Below are positions 9,972 through 20,077 of a DNA stretch of 64,000 nt, in pieces. The stretch comes from a bacterium (lineage in GTDB: Bacteria > UBA8248): positions 352,001 through 416,000 of the forward strand of contig CBDATS010000005.1 in the NCBI GenBank assembly GCA_965200245.1. The letters run 5' to 3'. Made by a program: the position numbers and the translations under genes. Each line of letters opens with the position of its first letter. Within the stretch, counting starts at the first letter, position 1. The notes beneath the pieces are model-generated. The model had not been told where the DNA came from, did not search any database, and saw only the letters and a program-made list of their open reading frames with translations.

Positions 9972-11384
9972 TTAAGTCGATTCGCGCGCCGATTTCAAAC
10001 CCTGAACACCCACGAAGCCCTGAATATTCTCGCTCCTCACCCACAGGAAAAACCACCCCAGCAGGAGCGCGCCGCTCAATATCTGTCCCCCGCTCACCGC
10101 CCACCAGACACCGCCAGCTCCCACGGCGAGTGAAAAGGACAGGAGGTAGGCGACGGGAACCTGAAAACCCCAGCGAACGACGCCCTCCACAAGCATCGGC
10201 GGTTTCGAGCGCGAGACTCCCTGGAACGCACCCGCCATCACCCGGCGGACGGATTCCATCAGCAGGCCAGTGCAAAGGATTCTAAGCGCCATGACGCCTG
10301 TAGCGTTCCCCTCCATGCCGAAGAACGATACGACCTCCCGCGCCCAGATGAAAAGAACAATGCTCACCACCGTCATCAGGAGACAAAGGGCGGCTACGGC
10401 AAGCCATACCGTGCGCGTAATACGCTCGGGCTTCTCCGCTCCCAGGTTCTGGCCCACCAGCGTGCGGACCGAAGCTTGAAGCCCGAAACTCGGCATCCGG
10501 GCGATCATCGTCACGCGATTACCGATACTCCATGCCGCCAGTGCGCTTGCGCCGAATGGGGAGAGTATCCGCACCATAAGCAGCAGCGCACTTCGCTCGA
10601 GCAGGTTCTGTACCATGGCGGGCCATGCGAGACGCGCGACGCGGGCAATCTCGGCCCTTCGCGGGCGCATATCGGTCCATCTTAGCTTAAGCCTCGATTT
10701 CCCCTTTACGATAAAGGCCAGCATGGTCAGAAAACCGCCAAGCCTCCCTACACCGATACCGAAGAAACTTCCCGCGAGGCCCAGGGCGGGAACAGGTCCC
10801 CAGCCAAACATAAGGAGGGGGATGAAAATGAGCGTCAAGATGGTGGACGTGACCACCCCCGCGATGGTGATGCCCGGCTCTCCGGTCCCCCGCAATATCT
10901 GGCCGACTACGAACATCGCCTCCGCGACGAACAACACGGCGAAGCCTGCGCGGATATAGACGACGCCCAGGGCGGCGAGTTTCGGATCACGCGTCATCAG
11001 ACCCATCATGAGGGGTGCGAACCATAGACCCAGGAACGTGGCGATCAGGCTGAAGACGCCGACCAGCAGGATAGTCTGCCCCGCCATGACGGAAGCACCT
11101 TCGGAATCTTCCGCGCCAATGCGTTGCGCCACGAACGCCTGGCCAGCGATTCTCAAGCCAAAAGGAATTGAACGGATGAACAACAAGGTGATGAAGCCCA
11201 AAGACGCCGCAGCCAGGAACTCGGGTCCCATGCGACCGAGCCAGTAGATCTCGAAAATGCCGTCCAGATTGCGCAGGATACGCTCGCCACAAATCGGTAC
11301 AGAGAGGCGGGTGATGGCCCAGCCGACCGAGCCTTTCGTGTAATCGTAACTGCGTGTTTTCGTGGCTCGCTTCAGAAGGCGCAC
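9972..11384 (-). CDS. MATE-family efflux transporter
   Basis: DYTKGSVGWAITRLSVP, AQRIGA, VGQNLGA; about 12 hydrophobic segments. Confidence 0.9.
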   Translation of the reverse strand: MRLLKRATKTRSYDYTKGSVGWAITRLSVPICGERILRNLDGIFEIYWLGRMGPEFLAAASLGFITLLFIRSIPFGLRIAGQAFVAQRIGAEDSEGASVMAGQTILLVGVFSLIATFLGLWFAPLMMGLMTRDPKLAALGVVYIRAGFAVLFVAEAMFVVGQILRGTGEPGITIAGVVTSTILTLIFIPLLMFGWGPVPALGLAGSFFGIGVGRLGGFLTMLAFIVKGKSRLKLRWTDMRPRRAEIARVARLAWPAMVQNLLERSALLLMVRILSPFGASALAAWSIGNRVTMIARMPSFGLQASVRTLVGQNLGAEKPERITRTVWLAVAALCLLMTVVSIVLFIWAREVVSFFGMEGNATGVMALRILCTGLLMESVRRVMAGAFQGVSRSKPPMLVEGVVRWGFQVPVAYLLSFSLAVGAGGVWWAVSGGQILSGALLLGWFFLWVRSENIQGFVGVQGLKSAREST

Positions 11385-11694
11385 CTCGATTCATAGCTGA
11401 AATACCGGAAATCGACCTGCACATAATACGCCAGAGCGCCGGATACGTTAAGAGAGAAAGAGACACCCATACAGAACCCGGCCTGCGAGCGTATCCCACA
11501 GCGAAATCCTTTCCCCGATAGATTCCCTCCGAGCTTCTCGCGGACATCCTCTCCAACCAAGCCGTTTCTACGCTGTCCGCCGGATTCATTTCGATCCGGG
11601 TTTGCTCCTCTCCCGGTTCGCTTCTGGAAGTTTTATTTCAGGAACATTCGTCCCGAATTCATCCCAGGCATGGGTTTGGGTGTTATCCGGAAAC

Positions 11695-11805
11695 TCCTCC
11701 GCCTGCATTCAAAGCTGGCTCAAGGTCCTGAAGAACGACAAGCGCGCGATCTTTGCCGCTGTAGTCCATGCGCAGCACACTGCCGATTTTCTGTACGGCA
11801 AGTAG
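11695..11805 (+). pseudogene. ardC: C-terminal relic of ArdC-type antirestriction protein
   Basis: SACIQSWLKVLKNDKRAIFAAVVHAQHTADFL matches the ArdC C-terminus as I recall it (ASYIxSWLKVLKxDKRAIFxAAxHAQxAADFL); no upstream coding part. Confidence 0.7.
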
Positions 11806-12023
11806 CTGGCGATCGATGAGAACAAGGAGGTCGCCGCTTGAGCAGCGATCCCCTCAGGTGGCCCAAAAACTCGTCTGTCCATCCGGCCGGACGTATCCTC
11901 TTTCTACAGAACAAGTCATTTTCATGGCGTGCATCGAGAAGGAATTGATTTTCGTTGCCAATAAGCGTTTTTCATGAGATAATTTTTAAATTGTTCAGTT
12001 TTCACGGAGTGTAAGCATCTTTC

Positions 12024-13580
12024 ATGGAACGAGCGATAGAACATCAATTTTCAGGGCCAGCCAGTGTTTTTCAGGAGAGCCGCCTTCCTGAAACTGCTTT
12101 GCCAGTCGGCTATGCCGCACTGATCGATGCCTATGATCTGCAAGTTCCGCCCCCGCTGACCCGATGCGCCATTGGCCCCCGGCACAAGGTCTATGAGCAA
12201 GACGGTTGGCGAATCTATACACCACGCCACGAACCCGCAGCAACGCTCGAAGGTCATCTAGTCTTTGCCCTCAAATATGAAGGGCTCGATCTCGCGATCC
12301 TCAAGCGCCTGTTCCAAGTCATTCCGCTCGCAGAGCTTGAGGCCATCATCAAGGCCAAGCCTAACAGCGCCTACATGAGGCGCATCTGGTTTTTGTTTGA
12401 ATGGCTTCTGGGTCAGGAACTCAATATTCCGGACGCCAGGAACGGAACCTATGCCGAGATCGTCAATCCAAAACTGCAATGGGCCATCAAAGGAACCACA
12501 TCAACCCGGCACCGCGTGCGCAACAATCTGCCCGGCACGCGTGACTTTTGCCCTTTGGTTCGCCGCACCGACAAACTTGCCCACTTCATCGACTTGAAAC
12601 TCGACGAGCAAGCCCATACAGTCATCGGGGAAATCTCCGGCAACATCCTGGCGCGCACGGCGGCGTTTCTGCTTTTGAAGGACTCAAAATCAAGCTACGC
12701 GATCGAGGGCGAAGCGCCGCCGCATGACCGCATCCAGCGATGGGGAAAAGCGATCGGCGAGGCTGGAAAACACCCGCTCGACGAAGCCGAGTTTCTGCGC
12801 TTGCAACAGATCGTCATCGGCAATGATAATCGCTTCATCAAGATGAGGTTCCGCATCGAGGACGGATTCATCGGTGAGCATGAGCAAGGGTCGCGCATGC
12901 CCTTGCCCGATCATATCAGCGCACGGCATGAAGACTTGCCCGAATTGATGCGTGGTTTGATCGCTTTCGATCATGATTATGCCGCCGGGGTCGATCCGGT
13001 CATTGCCGCTGCGATCCTGGCTTTCGGCTTTGTCTACATCCACCCGTTCGAAGACGGTAATGGACGGATACACCGCTATCTCATCCATCATGTTCTGAGC
13101 GCGCGCAGCTTCAATCCAGCGGGTCTGGTTTTCCCTGTGTCCGCCGCGGTCCTCAATCGGGTTGAGGACTATCGCCGCGTTCTGGAGAGCTATTCCGCCC
13201 GCCTCCTGCCTCTGGTCGAATGGCAACCTACGCCGAAGATGAATGTCGAAGTGTTGAACGACACGGGCGACTTCTATCGCTATTTCGACGCAACGCCGCA
13301 TGCAGAGTTCCTGTTTGAATGTGTTCAGCACACCATTGAACATGATCTTCCCGAAGAGGCGACTTTTCTGGAACGCTACGACCTGTTCAGAACTCGCGTC
13401 GAAGCCATCACCGAGATGCCGGCCTCCATGATCGACCTTCTGTTCAATTTCCTGAAGCAAAATGGCGGGCAGCTTTCAAAGCGTGCCCGATCGGAAGAGT
13501 TCCGCATGCTGACCGACGATGAAGCCGAAGCCTTTGCGACCATCTATCAGGATATTTTCATCCCTTCGGGTGAAACTTGA
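12024..13580 (+). CDS. Fic-family protein (about 500 aa type)
   Basis: Canonical Fic motif HPFEDGNGRIHR; SSYAIEGE inhibitory-type motif. Confidence 0.92.
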   Translation: MERAIEHQFSGPASVFQESRLPETALPVGYAALIDAYDLQVPPPLTRCAIGPRHKVYEQDGWRIYTPRHEPAATLEGHLVFALKYEGLDLAILKRLFQVIPLAELEAIIKAKPNSAYMRRIWFLFEWLLGQELNIPDARNGTYAEIVNPKLQWAIKGTTSTRHRVRNNLPGTRDFCPLVRRTDKLAHFIDLKLDEQAHTVIGEISGNILARTAAFLLLKDSKSSYAIEGEAPPHDRIQRWGKAIGEAGKHPLDEAEFLRLQQIVIGNDNRFIKMRFRIEDGFIGEHEQGSRMPLPDHISARHEDLPELMRGLIAFDHDYAAGVDPVIAAAILAFGFVYIHPFEDGNGRIHRYLIHHVLSARSFNPAGLVFPVSAAVLNRVEDYRRVLESYSARLLPLVEWQPTPKMNVEVLNDTGDFYRYFDATPHAEFLFECVQHTIEHDLPEEATFLERYDLFRTRVEAITEMPASMIDLLFNFLKQNGGQLSKRARSEEFRMLTDDEAEAFATIYQDIFIPSGET

Positions 13581-13619
13581 GAAAACACAGCACCTGCCAA
13601 GAGCACATCTTTCTCGGAA

Positions 13620-14187
13620 TTGTGCAAAGCTTCGCCGATGTCCTGTGTTTTCTCGCGGATCGGGTGGAGTACGGCGGGCCTGTTGCCACTCTTCGAGTGT
13701 GAAATTCAATGGGTTCTTTCCGCGAACCCACCGGAACCCATCTGGCAAGCGCTAGCCCTTTCCGAGAAAGAACCCCTTCGAGAGACCATTCAAGCGGTTG
13801 CTGAAATGTGGCAGGTTGATCTCTTTCATCTGTTCGCCATCGTTCCGTGACCAGACAATGTGGGCATGACGCCTGCTTGCTTTTCATGAAAGACAATGGC
13901 GCGTGGTTGCCCCTTCAAGTCGAGGTGTTTTTCGGTTTGGTTGACTGCCCTTTCGAAATCCTCCTCGCGTGCCTCCTTCCCTTGCCGAGGATTCATGCTC
14001 AGCAAAAAGAGGTGCTGGCAGCATTTCGTGCCTTTAGAGATCGCGTAGCATTCGTCCATAGCATCGCAGGGATCGCCCCTAGCACCCCCCTCAACTCGTG
14101 AACATAGACATGATCATTGTCTTCTTTGTTTATCAGGTGGTCTGCCAAGGCGCGCGCGTTACCGCGTTGCGAGCCTTTGAGGATCAT
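13620..14187 (-). pseudogene. Relaxase (MOBP-like) pseudogene, frameshifted and deleted
   Basis: Fragments in different frames: MILKGSQRGNARALADHL..NDHVYVHELRG, YAISKGTKC..LFLLSMNP..GQPRAIVFHEK, NPLNFTLEEWQQARR. Confidence 0.8.
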
Positions 14188-14470
14188 TCGAAGGCTCGCC
14201 CTGCAATTGTGGTAAAACTGTGAGACACGCCTGCCGGTGGTTTCCTCCGGTTCTCAACTTGCATCCCAAGCCCTTGCATCAACATAAGGTGCATGGCGTG
14301 GATGTCGTCGCAGGCTCGCTTGATGTCCGCCTTCGCCTCCGCACCGAAGAACAACGTGCTTTTGTTCGCTGCCTTTGCCATGAGAACTTGGTCGACAAGA
14401 CACGCAGCCTAGGCATCCCTGTTCGCAAGGTTGCGGTATAATCTGCACCGATGTCCGTGTTACCGGCCAC
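14184..14470 (-). pseudogene. MobC-like relaxosome accessory gene relic
   Basis: AKAAN...ADIKRACDDIHAMHLMLMQGLG directly upstream of and overlapping the relaxase start. Confidence 0.55.
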
Positions 14471-14699
14471 ATCAAGTCCTGCGGCGTCTCCACACCACCG
14501 GAGATGCCGGCGACGATTTCCCTATCGAAAATGCCCCGCCAAAATGACAACCCAGACCCCGGTCGGGACACTAAAATCACACTGCATGCAGACTCCCTGC
14601 GGTTGTAGCGGAAGCTGCGAATGAATGCGATGCACTACGTTTTCATGCCATTGGCTACTCGGGCGCCACGTGGAGCGAGTCGATGGTCCGGCCGTCAAT

Positions 14700-14880
14700 A
14701 TGCTGGCCGCACAGCATCGCTGCAACACAAGACGACAGTGACAGCATCGACATGAAAATGACCGGCGGCAGGATCCAGACGGGTGCAGTGGACGCCGGGG
14801 CCGTAACCGGAGATGGGGCGTACGACATCCTTGGGCAATATAGCGACAGCGGCGACATCGAAATCAAGCTTGTTTGTCGT
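14700..14880 (+). pseudogene. Fragment of an autotransporter passenger (beta-helix) repeat
   Basis: HSIAATQDDSDSIDMKMTGGRIQTG...GDGAYDILGQYSDSGDIEI resembles GIxAxHxGxGxIxIxxTGGxIxT repeats. Confidence 0.3.
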
Positions 14881-15029
14881 GGTTCAGGACATATAAGATA
14901 GCGGGGTTTTGTCGGATGTTGTTTGTCAGCAGGTGCCCGGGCAGTTACAGTTTTCCTGCACAAGCACCGTCGGCTTCTCCTCCCGGCGTTCCGCCAGTGC
15001 ACAGCACTGCATTACATCAGAGGACGCAG

Positions 15030-16016
15030 ATGTCGGACCACTTCCCAAGCTTCGCCTCTGTTCTGGACGGCTTGGTCCGTTCACACATTCCGGCCCGGCT
15101 CATCGACCAACCGGGTTGGGATCGTCTGCTCAGGGGAATGTCGGGGCTGCCCAGCTTTGCGGCGGACGCGAAATTCGGCTTCGAATTCGATCTTGCGGCA
15201 CCCGACACCGGCACCGACCTTTCACTGGCGGTCCCGCCAGGCTGGCCCATGACACACTGGCTGATCGAGCGCGGCCATCGGAAAGGGGCCGATGCATCGG
15301 ACGCAGCCCTAGCAAGTTATCTCGGTGAGCTGGCGCGGCCCGGTTCCTTTCTTGCCAACCTGTTCGATGGCACGATTCTCGAGTATGACATAGACTCTGC
15401 CTCGGAAGACCGTGAGCTACCGCCTCCCGGCTTGTTCCTTTGCCTTCGCAAGGACCGGGACCAGAAGCATCTCAACGCAGGCGCCGTAGAGGGGGCGTTG
15501 GCTTTCGCCACGGCGACAGTGCCAGATCCTCGCCGCCTGCGCGTGCTGGAGACCATCTGGCAGACGTTTCCGACGGACGCCCGTTTGCGTTGGTGCGCCG
15601 TCATGTCGGGACGCAGTCCCGCCCCCCTGCGGCTGCTAATCGTCTGCCGCCGGGCGGAGATCCCCGGATTTCTCAGGGCGATTCGGCATCCCGTTCGTCT
15701 GGCGGCGGTTGAGGACGTTCTGGCGTCGATCGGGGATTTTCCGGACCGTATCTGCCTGTCTCTCGATGTAACATCGGCAGGACCGCTACCCCGCCTGGGG
15801 ATGGAGATGTATTTTGGCGGGCCAACCGACCGCGGCACGTGGAACCGGGTCATGTCGGCAATGGCAGGCCGCGGTTGGCTTCGGGCCGACAAGGGAGCCG
15901 CGCTGGCCGGATGCACAGGCAGCGAGCAATTTTTCGGCCAGGATGGCAAGCTGACGACGCTCTTCTGGGGTGTCAACCATGCCAAGGTCGTCATCGCAGA
16001 GCGGAAACCACGGTGA
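15030..16016 (+). CDS. Putative ABBA-barrel (aromatic) prenyltransferase, RiPP maturase candidate; last strand frameshifted
   Basis: Five beta-hairpin-like strand pairs separated by helical segments: FGFEFDL/TDLSLAV, ILEYDID/PGLFLCL, RWCAVMS/LRLLIV, ICLSLDV/LGMEMYF, NHAKVVI/(frame change) TVKGYIV; GAGGA RBS; next to an NHLP precursor. Confidence 0.55.
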   Translation: MSDHFPSFASVLDGLVRSHIPARLIDQPGWDRLLRGMSGLPSFAADAKFGFEFDLAAPDTGTDLSLAVPPGWPMTHWLIERGHRKGADASDAALASYLGELARPGSFLANLFDGTILEYDIDSASEDRELPPPGLFLCLRKDRDQKHLNAGAVEGALAFATATVPDPRRLRVLETIWQTFPTDARLRWCAVMSGRSPAPLRLLIVCRRAEIPGFLRAIRHPVRLAAVEDVLASIGDFPDRICLSLDVTSAGPLPRLGMEMYFGGPTDRGTWNRVMSAMAGRGWLRADKGAALAGCTGSEQFFGQDGKLTTLFWGVNHAKVVIAERKPR

Positions 16017-16696
16017 AGGGCTATATCGTCTGCGTCCGGCGCAAGGGGCAAGTCCGACGCCCACTCCAGAATGAACCAAATAGCCGGACCGTTTCCGCCT
16101 GTTACGCGGGCTTGACGAACCGGATGAGGTCGACCGGGTCCCCGGGATTCCACTTCGGTTTCGGGAAGCGAAGGCGAACGGGAGAGGAACGCCCATCCGA
16201 TTTTCATGAAATACGCACCGGGAACATGCTTTATTGCGATGCTGCCCTATACCAGAATATATGGCAATCTTCCTTGCCAAGAATTACATACTTAAATCCG
16301 CAAGTCTCAATCCCTCAATTTTGCGCGCCACACCCCAACCACATTCTTGAACATCATGCAGATGGACATCACCGGCATCTTCGGAATTTGTGTACGGAAG
16401 TCATCATGACTCTTTTCCACAGGACAGGGAATGTCTTTTGTAGGCAGGAGGAGGGGTGATAACAGCCTCATTTTGGAAATATGCTCCTTCGGCCGCCGGT
16501 TTCCCGGGAGAACAGGGGGCATACGGACGGGCTTCCGGGAGAAAGCCTGTTCCCCAACAGAAAAACGGGAAAACCATCGAAAAATTTCCTGCTTTCCCAT
16601 CGGAACATCCCATACCCTGTTCATGATGACGATGCAAAAAAACGAAAGTATCAGGGTACCAAACCATACTCATTTTTTCAGGATAAGGAGACCGGA

Positions 16697-16948
16697 ATGA
16701 AATCTATTTCCGAGATGCGCGAGCACCTGATCGAGAAGGCAGGCGACAGTGAAGAGTTCCGTACCCGTCTGATCTCCGAGCCGAGGGCCGTGGTATCCGA
16801 GGAGTTCGGAATCTCGGTGCCGGAGACTTTCAACCTGCATGTGATGGAGGACGACGCCAAGAACAGCTATCTCATTCTGCCAGCTTCACTCAAGTTGACG
16901 GATGAACAGTTGACGTCCATCCACGGTGGAGAATGGGTCTGGCATTGA
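16697..16948 (+). CDS. NHLP-leader (proteusin-type) RiPP precursor, 83 aa, predicted core EWVWH
   Basis: LIEKAGDSEEFRTRLISEPRAVV..G..VPETFNLHVMED....YLILP nitrile-hydratase-like leader; LTDEQLTSIHGG double-glycine site; AAGGAG RBS at about 16685. Confidence 0.9.
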   Translation: MKSISEMREHLIEKAGDSEEFRTRLISEPRAVVSEEFGISVPETFNLHVMEDDAKNSYLILPASLKLTDEQLTSIHGGEWVWH

Positions 16949-17566
16949 TCGTCTGCCGCCGGGCAGACATCCTCCATAAGAAGGACGGGACACCGGTCGA
17001 CGCCAACTGGGTGGTCTCCCGACAAGGCGTGGGAACGTCAGACCCAGCCGCTGCCTAACCCGGACCCGCCGACACAGCCTGGCCCCGTGCCATTACCCGG
17101 CGTCAACTAGTGCGATCCTGATGCCGGCAGTGTCAACAACGCCGGCAAGGTCCCTCGCAGACACGATTTCCTCCATCGACATGACGAGGACCGTAACCTG
17201 TCCCCGGACGCTCCCAAGCCGGAGCAGGCCAGCACCCCATACCGTTATATCCTAGCAGGGATATGTGGACGGCGCCAGTTCCAACGCTTCCACGGCACGG
17301 CCTCGCCCTGTCATGTTGCACAACGACCACATGATGTATCTCAATCCGACGCGAAAGGGGCGATGATCGATGACCCTGGCCGCCATGTCTTGCCGATTCC
17401 CACCAATGGAGTCGATAATCGAGGCGGTTTCGATCCTGTGGCGACCGGAACCGTCTTCCGGGTTAGTTACCGACTCATCCCGACATTGTCACAGGTCCCC
17501 AAAGGTGGTGTATTGGCAACGAAAGAGGCCATGGTGCCAATCGCTCCTGCTCCGGGAGACACCGGG

Positions 17567-18082
17567 ATGACAGCCGACCACTACCGCAACCGGATGCTCG
17601 CCGCCGTTCTGGCGTTCCTGGCCCTGGCGGCTATATGGGCGGCGCGGGCCGGCGAGACGGGTTTCGGCATCCTGTGCGCCCTATGGTTCATCCTGGTTGC
17701 GATTGCGCCCGCGTGGCCCAGCTTCGGGCGCCGGACAAGAGCCTGGTGTTTTTCTGGCTATCTGGCGTTCCTCGCGCTGGCGGCAGCCGGGGCGATGCGG
17801 GGCAACGCGCCGGAATTCGCGATCATGTTCGTCCTGTTTTTCATTATCTCCGTGATCGGCGCGCTTGTAGTACGCCGACGCAAGTGGCTGCCGAAACGCG
17901 ATGTCAAGAGTCCTCAGACCATGACCATCCTTCTGGCCGTGCCCATGGCAGTAGCGGGAGGAGCAATGTGGTTCCATGAGATGGATGTCGCTCTCGTGGC
18001 TGTCGCGACGATTGTCGGCATGTCGTTCAGCCTGTTTGCCGTCGCGCCCGACCGGCCCCACGACCGTCCGCCATCCGTGTAG
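17567..18082 (+). CDS. Hypothetical membrane protein (about 6 TM helices)
   Basis: Repeated hydrophobic segments; GGAG upstream of MTADHY; could start further upstream. Confidence 0.6.
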   Translation: MTADHYRNRMLAAVLAFLALAAIWAARAGETGFGILCALWFILVAIAPAWPSFGRRTRAWCFSGYLAFLALAAAGAMRGNAPEFAIMFVLFFIISVIGALVVRRRKWLPKRDVKSPQTMTILLAVPMAVAGGAMWFHEMDVALVAVATIVGMSFSLFAVAPDRPHDRPPSV

Positions 18083-18305
18083 TCAACCCTGCGTTCGTCG
18101 TCCGATCTCGCCGCCGTTCCCCAACGTCGGCACGATGGAGTCTCCCCCATAACGACAGCAATGGCGATACCTAGCAACACTTCGACACGATCCTGACTAT
18201 CTACACTCGGGTGTCAACTTCCACTCCAATCAACACCCGGAAGTTCCCGTGGCCCTGCCCGGTCGGGATTACGGCGTGCCGGCTCCCCAATCTAGCGAGA
18301 GTAGC

Positions 18306-18950
18306 ATGCGCCAGGCTAACTGGTGCCAGTACAGCCGTGAAAGTCCGGCAGGAAGGAGAAGGCCAGCCATTACTTCCACCCCGAGTCATGGGCCGTCATT
18401 CGTCAAGACAGGGGTCAAGCGTTGACAGTGGCGCGTGGTGGCAGAACTATGGAAGACCAAAGAAGTACATTCCGGGATGCTGAGGTCTTTCTACTGGCCG
18501 AAGGCAGTATCCGTCCCACAGTTTTGACGAAAGGAACGGAATCCCGCGGTGTCGAAAAACCCATGTACTTACATACTACCCGAAACCTGAGAGGTTTCGA
18601 TGACATTCCGCCGTCGTGGCGGGATCGCTGAGGAAAGAATGAAACCCGTACCCGAAGATGAACGGCACGGAGAAATCAGACTCGATCTTAGCAACTGCGA
18701 AGCCGACGTACAAGGGGATGTCCTGCCCCGGCAGAGTCAAGAACCAAGCCCAAGGAGAACCTAGAGGGCCGGCCAAGCCGCGTCGGCAATCACCAGTACT
18801 GTCTTGAGTGGACAGCGCCTGGCATCACTCGGGTAACTCGCCCAGATACACGAAACGGCTGCACAGCCGCCATCATCTCGCTGTGTTGTCCGGCGTTGCA
18901 GTGTGCAAGTATCCCGCAACCCGGTTCAACACCTGTGCAGCACCATCGCT
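18306..18950 (+). mobile_element. Degenerate group II intron, 5' part (domains I-III plus eroded RT start)
   Basis: ATGCGCCAGG (from GTGCG), GTGAAAGTCCGGC, CCCCGAGTCATG, AAGCGTTGACAG, GATGAACGGCACGGAGAAATCAGACTCG..TAGCAACTGCGAAGCCGACG occur in the order I recall for bacterial group II introns; possible KYPATRFNT..HH relic of the intron-encoded protein. Confidence 0.6.
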
Positions 18951-19432
18951 CAGTTCGAACACGAAGAGTTCGCTGAGCCAGTGGCACCAGCGCGATGCGC
19001 TTCCGGTGTCACTGGACTTTAGCCCCGCCAGAATGCCCGTATATTGCCAGCCGGATGCATATAAGATACCTTCCCCTCAGGTGGAAATAAATCGGAATCG
19101 AAACTCAAAGTCTACGGAACCCGTGATGAAGTAAGCGGTGCCGAAATGGTTATTCGTCATGGGAACTATCATGGGTGCTGTTATGACAACTCACGCCTGT
19201 TCTGACACCGCTGTAAGAGCACCGTTCCGAATTGCCGTCAATCAAAAGGTCAATGACACGGTCGGTCCTTGTATGGGATCAACAAGGTCCGATGTGTCGG
19301 AGACGAAATTTTCCTCAGATTCAGGTACTGCAGGCGTCCTCCAGGCACAAAGCAGTTGCGGTGCCTATGATCGGCGCTTCCACACTTGTTGTAACGGTGC
19401 GCCACACCCCCCACGGGAATAGAGCGGGAATC

Positions 19433-20074
19433 ATGGGGAACGATCAAGCCGGGGATACGGGCCAGTTGGTCGCGGCCCGAGGCATTGGCGTGCGACGCGG
19501 AGAACGCTGGATCGTCCGGTATGTCGATTTGACGGTAGGACGGGGCGAGTTGGTCTTCCTGATCGGCGCCAATGGGGCCGGTAAGTCGACCTGCGTGAAG
19601 GCCGTTCTCGGTTTGATCGAAATCGACGAGGGCGAGATCCGGCGCGCGGAGTCTCTCAATGTGGGCTATGTGCCGCAGCGACTGGCGGTGAGTCCCAACC
19701 TGCCCCTTTCACTACGTCGCCTGATGACCCTGACCGGCCGTTTCACCGCGCGTGACATCGACGCGGCGCTTGATACCGTCGGCCTTGAGCGGCTGGGTGA
19801 TCCGCCAATCACCACCCTGTCGGGCGGTGAATTCCAGAGGCTCCTCCTGGCCCGGGCCCTCATCCACCGACCCGATCTGCTGATCCTCGACGAACCGGAC
19901 CAAGGTGTCGATGTTGCGGGAGCCGATGTGGTCCATTCATTAATCGAGAGGGTTCGCCACGATCTCGGATGCGGGGTGCTGTTGATCTCTCATGACCTTG
20001 AAAGGGCGATGGCGACGGGAGACGATGTGGTCGTGCTGATACCCCACGAGCACGATGAGCCGACGGCAGGCTGA
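19433..20074 (+). CDS. znuC: Zinc ABC transporter ATPase
   Basis: GANGAGKST, VGYVPQRL, LSGGEFQRLLLARAL, LDEPDQGVD, ISHDL. Confidence 0.85.
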   Translation: MGNDQAGDTGQLVAARGIGVRRGERWIVRYVDLTVGRGELVFLIGANGAGKSTCVKAVLGLIEIDEGEIRRAESLNVGYVPQRLAVSPNLPLSLRRLMTLTGRFTARDIDAALDTVGLERLGDPPITTLSGGEFQRLLLARALIHRPDLLILDEPDQGVDVAGADVVHSLIERVRHDLGCGVLLISHDLERAMATGDDVVVLIPHEHDEPTAG

Positions 20075-20077
20075 ACC

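Noticed and set aside
16481-16696. N-terminal extension of the precursor in the 155-aa track ORF
   Set aside because: A strong RBS and ATG at 16697 give a typical NHLP-length precursor; the upstream part looks non-coding
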